A stretch of 64,000 bases of DNA, from NCBI GenBank assembly GCA_950097015.1, contig CATNEN010000033.1, forward strand, positions 4,278,001 to 4,342,000, given 5' to 3'. The position numbers and the translations under genes are program-made. Under the pieces are notes generated by a model, which searched no databases, had not been told where the DNA came from, and saw only the letters and a program-made list of their open reading frames with translations. The DNA comes from Macrostomum hystrix (taxonomy: Eukaryota; Animalia; Platyhelminthes). This document shows, one piece after another, positions 57,201-64,000 of this stretch; position 1 is the stretch's first letter; each line of letters begins with the position of its first letter.

Positions 57201-59504
57201 TTCTCCATTTCTTCATCGGGCACTGTGACCTTGAGAGGTCGAATCGACTTTGAAACAGTAGAGGCTACGACATTCACAGTGATGGCGGTGGACTCCGGTG
57301 TACCGAGACTGAGCGCGACTGCCACAGTAAGAATCTTGATAAACAACATTAACGACATGAGTCCCAACGTTCTACAGTCGCAGTACCAGTTCTCTCTGGT
57401 AGAGAACTACGGTCCTGCACCGTCCACCCCACTGACCGGTCCGAATCGATTTCTGGGAGTCGTAAACGCTACTGATGCTGACAAAGGTGACTTTGGTCGA
57501 GTAACTTTCCACCTAGCGGACCCTCGATTCTTATTGGGGACATCAGCTAACGGAGCCGAGGTCTACGTCAACGGTTCCGCTTTCTTTGACCGCGAGGCGA
57601 CCAGCCAGGTGGTGCTTCAGCTGCAGGTGTCAGACAGTCCCGCTAATCCTGCTGTACGGCGATTCGTATCCGCTCCGATCTACTTGCAGATTCTAGACAT
57701 CAATGATAATCCACCCAGATTTTTGGTCTCCGACTACTACGCAACGCTTGGCAACAATGCACCTATTGGAACTCTTCTGGTTACTGTGTTAGCCACCGAC
57801 GTAGATATTAATAATACCTTGACGTACTCGCTGCTGCCATCAGTTAATTCGGCTCTTTTCGCTGTGAACTCCAGCACTGGTCAGCTCACATCGACGCAGT
57901 CGCTCACCACTAAAGCAGGAAATATGCTACTCACGGCAGTAGTGTCTGACGGTGTACACAACGCCAGCAGCCTGGTGCACATTACTGTACTGGAGTCCAG
58001 TCGGTCGCCTCCGGTGTGGATTTCGCCTAGCAGTGACAACAACACTGTGCAGGTGCTGGAGGAGCAGTACCTGGGCCTGATCATCACCAGGCTGCAGGCC
58101 CGCGCTGACAACAGCAGCAGCACCGATGTGGCGCGACTCACCTACGGCCTCATTTATGGCGACGTTTTTGTGGATGAGACGCCGCAGTTTAAGTTGAACC
58201 CCGTCACCGGCGTGTTGACTGCCAACATGATTTTCGACCGTGAAAGTGTCAATCAGTATTTAATTAACGTAGCAGTGAGAGACGGACGCACACCACCGTT
58301 ACAGTCTCGCCTATTTGTTACCGTCCAAATTCTGGACGTTGACGATCACCAGCCAACTTTTGACCGGTCAAGCTACACATTCAGCGTGGCTGAGAGTGTT
58401 CTTGTCAACATCAGCGTCGGCGCTGTGCATGCCACTGACTTGGACATTGGCGCCAACGCAGTAGTTCGCTACAGCATAGTTCTAGGCAACACTGGCAACG
58501 CATTTCGCATCGACCCAGTCACTGGTGAGATATTCGTCAACTCTCCCCTGGACCGAGAGACAACAGCTGCCTACACGCTACAAGTTGGCTCCGGCAGTGC
58601 TGGCTCCACGGCCGTTGCCTCCGTAGTCTCCGTGAACGTCAGTATCGGCGACGTTAACGACAATCTGCCGGCCTTCTCGCAGTCAATTTTCAGTGCAAGC
58701 TTGCCCTACGACAGCCCGTTCGGTTCGCTTGTCATTAGAGCCATCGCCACGGATCCCGACTACGGAAATAACGCTGTGATTGCCTTCTCGGTGTCAGATG
58801 ACCAGGGCCTGTTCAGCATCGATAGCAGTGGACGAGTGACACTGGTGCGCCTTCCGACATCGTCTTCATCCACTGCCATCTCGGCGCGCCTCTCTGCGTG
58901 GAATCCTATCAGCACTTCAGCTATCTCCACTGCCACACTACGGGTCTGGTTCACCTCCTCCTCGCAAGTCGCCGTCCTGACCGTCACGCAGACGCCGGAC
59001 TGGGTGACTCAGCACCTAGACATGTACCGCGCTCAGCTCATTGCCATCACCAACTCCAGCAATGTGTTCATCAACACCGTCCGGTACCACCTCGACAAGG
59101 ACGGCGTGCCAGACCTGAAGCGAACGGACATGCTCGTGTCCGCCGCCCGGCCAGACCTCACACTCTACGCTGGCGCCGATTTGTCCAAGGTGGTGCTCTC
59201 CGCAATGTCCAATGGCGACACGGCGGCCAGCTTGCGATTCCTGCAGTTGCAGGGTGCGGCCGGAGCCAGCGACCCCGGCGCCGCTGGCCAAGTCGACTTG
59301 AGCCTTCCAACCATAGCAGCCTGCGTGGTGCTGGCAGCTGTGCTGCTGTCCGCTCTGGGCTATGCGATCGCCATGTACTGCATGCAGCGCAGCCTGGCCG
59401 CCAGCTGCACTGCCCAGGCGGGCGCCAACAACCTCCAGGTGCTGAACATCCAGGGCATGCAGAAGCGCAATATGGCTTACGCTGAGAGTACGGTTGTTGG
59501 CTAA
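54255..59504 (+). CDS. Non-classical cadherin: signal peptide, 14 cadherin repeats, CDH23-like membrane-adjacent domain, TM helix, short tail (Cad87A/CDHR1/CDH23-related); 1749 aa in one exon
   Basis: Linkers DVNDVAP, DIQNEPP, GINNKPP, DINDLSP, DENDNAP, DLNDNAP, DTNNRFP, DVNDRYP, NINDMSP, DINDNPP, ESSRSPP, DVDDHQP and DVNDNLP; LDRE/IDYE motifs; juxtamembrane PDWV..ITNS..VRYHLDKDG..RTDMLV; TM IAACVVLAAVLLSALGYAIAMYC. Confidence 0.93.
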   Translation: MSFLSLLLIAAFGFLTTAANLAPYFVRDLSGTNIREDTAPGTVIGTVQARDPEGFAIQYRINSAFFVIDARTGAVTLFRNIDYETTKSVTSVFIINSYDDNVQVVSRSVTFGIIDVNDVAPVFTQPVFSGSVDEGSPNGTIVIASVVATDVDETGPGLTVECDRPSVASEFAGVCDVFEVLRTAPMQVRSWTGSIVLRGSVAYKDKTAWQLPLKAFDGRFVTIGSAEIRINDIQNEPPIFVTSMNVQTYEQFEGAIITVVQAIDQDRGNPRPVVYSLMTNPGGLFSVETSLTSGLGTITNIKDLDRDLDPVLADGFVSVVIKASEVINATAKIYGNDSLTTATATLVITVVGINNKPPTFSVENAVVNMPENIPTNSPLPGLSLTVKDLDQGVNASFVIVLLNHTGIFSVEPSNGQELAVVSIRVKNTSAIDYDLGTKLYMLSIEAREDKSPVGLRLTGSSTIAVVVVDINDLSPVFNSSSYSFTVSELATEGTVVTFGIQATDADSGVFGTAGIRYSLIGNGADKFEIRDPTRAIVSIRRCAGVLGKGPLCLDREMVVTYTLFLVATDNLGAGNANSTTVIITLLDENDNAPIFDSATGTYEFFINEGQTSGSPIFQVSATDADSPLNGNNVIQYSIVGANGTTDGLWRILTGGIIIASRPVDYETIPGLTGSYIFFAQAQDSSSPYFKAYARVVINVIDLNDNAPIFTVPSPVSLSVLETMNGTHYLTTLRATDGDLPTTANGRVSYYIQSGAQGKFVINATSGELSTTASATFDYDVQPVYVLGIIAEDGGSPRLQAVMRVNVQVIDTNNRFPYFLMNPKLVQIYENATIGTIVTQMTAVDQDSTSQLNFTVLSTVYKKLDSTVTTSNATLFDLSPTSANVTVLNKLNRDMVSEVSMLIHVADLNATSAQTATATLIIAILDVNDRYPEFVSPWTLANPYYNLTVDEEQPIGTFVAVLTATDPDGPLSGYYIVNDPLSAFSISSSGTVTLRGRIDFETVEATTFTVMAVDSGVPRLSATATVRILINNINDMSPNVLQSQYQFSLVENYGPAPSTPLTGPNRFLGVVNATDADKGDFGRVTFHLADPRFLLGTSANGAEVYVNGSAFFDREATSQVVLQLQVSDSPANPAVRRFVSAPIYLQILDINDNPPRFLVSDYYATLGNNAPIGTLLVTVLATDVDINNTLTYSLLPSVNSALFAVNSSTGQLTSTQSLTTKAGNMLLTAVVSDGVHNASSLVHITVLESSRSPPVWISPSSDNNTVQVLEEQYLGLIITRLQARADNSSSTDVARLTYGLIYGDVFVDETPQFKLNPVTGVLTANMIFDRESVNQYLINVAVRDGRTPPLQSRLFVTVQILDVDDHQPTFDRSSYTFSVAESVLVNISVGAVHATDLDIGANAVVRYSIVLGNTGNAFRIDPVTGEIFVNSPLDRETTAAYTLQVGSGSAGSTAVASVVSVNVSIGDVNDNLPAFSQSIFSASLPYDSPFGSLVIRAIATDPDYGNNAVIAFSVSDDQGLFSIDSSGRVTLVRLPTSSSSTAISARLSAWNPISTSAISTATLRVWFTSSSQVAVLTVTQTPDWVTQHLDMYRAQLIAITNSSNVFINTVRYHLDKDGVPDLKRTDMLVSAARPDLTLYAGADLSKVVLSAMSNGDTAASLRFLQLQGAAGASDPGAAGQVDLSLPTIAACVVLAAVLLSALGYAIAMYCMQRSLAASCTAQAGANNLQVLNIQGMQKRNMAYAESTVVG

Positions 59505-60014
59505 ACGTAGAGCCTGTGCGAGCTGGCGACGGATAATTTGCTTGCCTTTCTACTGCAACTAGGCTGGTTGACACGATGCGTGAGAATGTCAATTTGCTTT
59601 TTTGTGTTAGATTTTTTCTATTTTCGGTGAATATTTCGGCCACCAATATAAATATCAGATAGCACAAGGCCATGGACTAAAAAAGTTCTTAAGGATGCAT
59701 GGAACTATATTTTTGTCAATTCAATCTCGGTTCGCGTCAATGTATATTACTTATTCAGAATCTGATTCAATTTGGTTTCTTATATTATATAGATGTAACT
59801 TTTTTGAGTGGGTAAATGTAATGGAAACTTTGCGAACCCATTTTTAGCTGAGAAAAAATTCAAACAATGATCACAGCACAAACTTTCCATACATAGCAAG
59901 AACTGTTTTATTCAACTGCGCAAATCAGGTTGAAAATTTTATAATAAACGTGACTATTGTTTCATAAGTATTCTTATAAAAATGAAACAATTTTTACTTT
60001 GTGCTACATTTTGA

Positions 60015-60208
60015 CACTACAACTACTACGATGGCAACTACTACTTATAATACTACTACTACTACTACTGCTACTACTACTGCTACTACTACTGCTACTA
60101 CTACTGCTACTACTACTGCTACTACTACTACTGCTACTACTACTACTACTACTACTGCTACTACTACTGCTACTACTACTGCTACTACTACTGCTACTAC
60201 TACTACTG

Positions 60209-60244
<36 letters not shown>

Positions 60245-60344
60245 ATACTAATACTACTACTACTACTACTAGTACTAGTACTACTACTGCCGCTACTACT
60301 ACTACTGCTACTACTACTACTGCTACTACTACTACTGCTACTAC

Positions 60345-60376
<32 letters not shown>

Positions 60377-60378
60377 TT
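60015..60378. repeat. (ACT)n trinucleotide microsatellite with GCT/AAT/AGT interruptions
   Basis: Read directly; source of the poly-L/T/S/V ORFs. Confidence 0.98.
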
Positions 60379-61546
60379 ACCTCTACAACCTGCCTGTCGC
60401 CTACGGGCGTAGCAACGAACAAACAGTTTCCCTAAACGATTCACGCCACAAACTCTCCAGAAATCAATTATTCATAGCAGCAGGCGGCGGTCTGTGAGAC
60501 TGCGCCTTTCATGCATTTTTCAGTGAGAATAGGCTGCATCTGGGCAGAACAGGACGTTTAATGACCTAATTTAATTGAATCTAACGCCCCAGATGAATCC
60601 AATTTCAGGGCTGTGCAGGACGTGCTGTTTTATCTTAAAAAATAGTTCGTTTTCATAACTGGATCACTCTTCTACTAAATTGTATTGAGAAACTTTAATG
60701 CACCGAGGTAGAATATTGACAAACATGTAGGATACTCGTGCATGTAGCTCGTATTCACTTTTTCACCTCCGCTTTTTCATCTTTCAAAGTTTCAGCTCAA
60801 GTACCGCTTCAATACACTGAGCTCTTCTATTTGGGTCCTTCCGAATCCTATGAGTAATCCAGTCTGCCAAGCAGAGATCCCTGCCGCGAATGGTTGAGAA
60901 CCATTCAAATTTTCCAGCAGTATATGCGTTTGGAGTCTGCCATTGTGCTTGAGCTAAAGATACCTGTTTGCAGCTGAGGACTCAGGACTATATTGGCCAT
61001 GGCAAGTCACTGCCCGAGCTGGCTTTGAAGATCCAAATGGGGACCACTTGAGAGACGTTGAATCCGGTTCCTGCACCTGAGAGCTTCAGGTGAGCGACTC
61101 CAACTGAAGACTCAAGCACAAAGAAGAAGAGGAGAGAAGGGTGAGGGAGCCAAGCACTCATTGAGGCGCAGTCTGAGGGCGTGACTCCAAAGTGAAAGGC
61201 CCTGGCGGTAGGCGCACGGCTGGATACCGGGGATCGCTGGCCTGGCCAGTTGGGAAGGTGCAGCGGGTGGGGTGGGCCCGATCAGTAGACCAAGGGATTT
61301 GTTGTAGACTAATCTGCCGGATAGAGAAGAAGCGAGGAACAGGTAGGAGGTGGACAGTAGCCCCGCCTCAGACTAAATGGGCAAGTTCCGGAGGCCACTG
61401 CCCACCGGTGACTGCACCAAACTCCGTTCCCCCGTTGCCACAATAGCGACCTGCCAGTGGGTCTCGCCGCGACAATTCACGGCAGTTGATAGCTTAAGGA
61501 AAGTGGTAGTTTAGGAGCGAAGGAGAGTCGAGAGCAAACGTTGTGC

Positions 61547-62674
61547 ATGTGTACAGGCGGCGCCGCGACGCCTCAAGCGACAATCACGCTGCTCACTCTG
61601 CTCCTGACGCTACTGCTGCTGTTGCTGCTGACGGCCTCTGCGAGACCAGTCGAATCGCTGCAGTCCCGCTGCCAGTGGAGTTCCTGGGCTAGGCCAGCGA
61701 GTCGACAGTGCCAGTGGCACAATCGAACCGTGGGCCTGTCCTTCCAAGGTCACGTGATCAGTCGCATGGTGACGTTCTGTGCAAAAATTTCTCGCGTTCG
61801 AACGCTTAGATGCGCCGACAGTTATACGGGCGTTGAGGACACATCGGAGCGGTCGCAGAGCGAGTTCCTTGAACCGGCAGCGTTTGCGCCAGGAATGGAC
61901 CCGCTGAACGACCAGCCTCTGCCAGTGCGGCAATCAAGCGATGACTGCACCGAGAGCCGATGCCCACCGCTTGAAGGCCAGTGGTGCTACTGGACCGCAT
62001 TGGCTGACTGCAACAGACAGTGCCGCCTGACTCGCCTCAACAATAGTCAGGTTGGTACCGCCGAAGTCTTTCTTGTCCGACGACGTCTCTGCGCCTGTCC
62101 GAAACCGCGAAACCGTGGAGCCCAATGTCCCGGCGTCGGAATCGAGCGCGTTCGCTGCCGGTGCGAGTCTTTGGCCGACAGCCTCCGCGCCTTCCTCGTC
62201 ACAGTGCCTGGTGCGCTGACGGCAGCCGGGGCCGCGATCGGCGTCTGCGTCCTAGCCGCCTGCTGCGTAGTTCGCGCTCGCTTCGACCCAGACGGAGACG
62301 ATGACGAGTTGGAAGTTCGGAACAACGGCATTCCAGTGGCTTCAGGCTGCGCTGTTTCTCTGGTTGAGCTTCCGATTGAGCAAACCTCACTGCCCCACAG
62401 CGGCAGCTCCCTAGTTCCCGGTTCTGGGGAGTCGACCGCTACACTTCAGCAGCCTGACGGACGCTACCAGGGGATTTCGCGATGCCAGCGACAACCAGCG
62501 TCTTCTCCACCCGAGCCTCCAGCAAGAAGACGAAAGCGACGACCAGCACCATCACCGCCTCCAACCCTGCAGCAAGAACCATCGGCATCTGCTAGACAAG
62601 CAATGAATTCTTTGTCTTTGTCACGCTCGATTACAGTCAAGTATTTCTCACAAGTTTCTGATGATGTAGTTTAA
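61547..62674 (+). CDS. Single-pass membrane protein with signal peptide and thrombospondin type-1-like repeat(s), 375 aa
   Basis: Hydrophobic leader (LLTLLLTLLLLLLLTASA); CQWSSW..C..C..RVRTLRC; GQWCYW..CNRQC..RRRLCACPKPRNRGAQCPG..ERVRC (TSP1 pattern); TM GALTAAGAAIGVCVLAACCVV; Pro/Arg-rich tail. Confidence 0.8.
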   Translation: MCTGGAATPQATITLLTLLLTLLLLLLLTASARPVESLQSRCQWSSWARPASRQCQWHNRTVGLSFQGHVISRMVTFCAKISRVRTLRCADSYTGVEDTSERSQSEFLEPAAFAPGMDPLNDQPLPVRQSSDDCTESRCPPLEGQWCYWTALADCNRQCRLTRLNNSQVGTAEVFLVRRRLCACPKPRNRGAQCPGVGIERVRCRCESLADSLRAFLVTVPGALTAAGAAIGVCVLAACCVVRARFDPDGDDDELEVRNNGIPVASGCAVSLVELPIEQTSLPHSGSSLVPGSGESTATLQQPDGRYQGISRCQRQPASSPPEPPARRRKRRPAPSPPPTLQQEPSASARQAMNSLSLSRSITVKYFSQVSDDVV

Positions 62675-64000
62675 TGGATAAATACATGCATTTTATTCGT
62701 ATTTAGATGTACTTGTCAATAAACATCTAATATCGCATTTTCGCGCATACACGAATATTTACGGCATACAAATTGAACTTTGGATCGACATGACCGGACG
62801 CTGAATTGAAGTCCCTTTCCTATTCTGGAACTTAGTTTTCGAATATAAAATATAACCAAGTTAATTTTAACTCAAACTATTACGAGTACTAGCCCGAGGT
62901 TTGCGTAAATTTGATAAACCTACGATAGGAATCTGTAGCAGTTTTATTACCAATACCATTTAGTAGATCAAAAGCCTTCAAATGTAAGGTTTCTTCTTTT
63001 TTAACTGTTTTATTTTGATGATTTAATTTCATAACTTATAACTTTTTTATGTGATGTAGACCAACAAATAGGCGATCTTGAAAATTATCACAAGAACGAA
63101 GAACGAGGAAAATGTTCTGAACTCTGTCTGGATTTTATGCTTTTCATTTAGTTATGGTAAACATATTAAGGAAAAGGTCTCCAGGAAATTTTTTGCATGT
63201 CAGTTGCTTAAGAGCCTTGTTTACACAATGCAAGTGGCAAGCGAAATTATCGGTTTCTCACTACGTGACTCACAACTGCCGATTGTAAAGATTAGAGTAA
63301 GATGTAGCATATAATTGTTTCAGTGCCTGCAAAAAAATCAACTAAATATTTGTATGACCGTTTCAATATTTTGACCGTAAAAATAAAATTTGCAACTGAC
63401 ATTTTGCCGACAAAAGACAGTGCTATTTCAAGGACAACAGCACACGACAAACATATGATCGCATACACTCGTTACTCGTATAAGGGAGTGTGCAATTTTA
63501 AAATAGAACTTTCTTGGAAATCGAACTAAATGTCAAGTCAGCCGAATCCAAACTGAAAACTTCTTATTGTCAAATCAAATTCGTAATTTTAATATTTCTC
63601 CCAACAGATACTTAATTAAATATAGATCGTGTTATTTCAGTAGTCTATTAGACGCATTTTTCAGGAATTATGCCCAAAAGTTATTTAGAAAATATGCTTT
63701 TAGCACTTACTTGACTAGTGTTGAATGTTATAAAGTTTTACAAATGTAGATATATACTTTATTTTAGTAGTTCTTGACCCTAGCATTCCATTTATTTTAA
63801 TTTCAGTAAAATAGTAGCAATATAGGCCTATACTCTCGTAGGTTGTAGCTATATAATATAATGTCGCTTTCCTAATGCTGATATTTGCATATCTATAATT
63901 TTGGTTTGATAGATCATTGATATACGATTTAATTGCTAGCTACTTGATACATGATTAATGGCCATCAACACTGACATGTCCTGGAAATTCGTTTTTAGGA

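Noticed and set aside
44097-59673. Antisense and alternate-frame ORFs overlapping MND1, FAPP2, the nuclear receptor and the cadherin
   Set aside because: Expected shadows of GC-rich coding sequence; no independent domain signal.
59957-60444. Poly-Leu/Thr/Ser/Val ORFs, including a mucin-like Thr tract
   Set aside because: (ACT)n microsatellite with no supporting exon context.

Overview
Animal (eukaryotic) genomic DNA: GC-rich coding exons, GT-AG introns and many tandem repeats. The style suggests a flatworm such as Macrostomum, but that is an inference. Eight gene models are well supported: CNOT2, a GRB2-like adaptor, INTS11/CPSF3L, MND1, a FAPP2/PLEKHA8-like PH+GLTP protein, a divergent nuclear receptor (minus strand), a 14-repeat Cad87A/CDH23-related cadherin and a TSP1-repeat membrane protein. 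There is also a small basic/acidic protein with an HMGN-like layout. Mobile DNA includes a near-complete DD34D mariner with TIRs and TA duplication, a 5'-truncated LINE, a hAT-type MITE with an 8-bp TSD, four copies of a tRNA-derived SINE, and decayed MULE and probable Penelope fragments. About a dozen mini/microsatellite arrays are present, and they explain most of the long repetitive ORFs in the ORF track. The most unusual region is 23.7-29.2 kb, which looks like an innate-immunity cluster. It holds a RING/TRAF-zinc-finger protein ending in ankyrin-like repeats instead of a MATH domain, an exon with a cGAS/Mab21-like nucleotidyltransferase motif that can be spliced in frame onto it, and a pseudogenised paralog. 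All calls come from reading the sequence by eye; no database searches were run.
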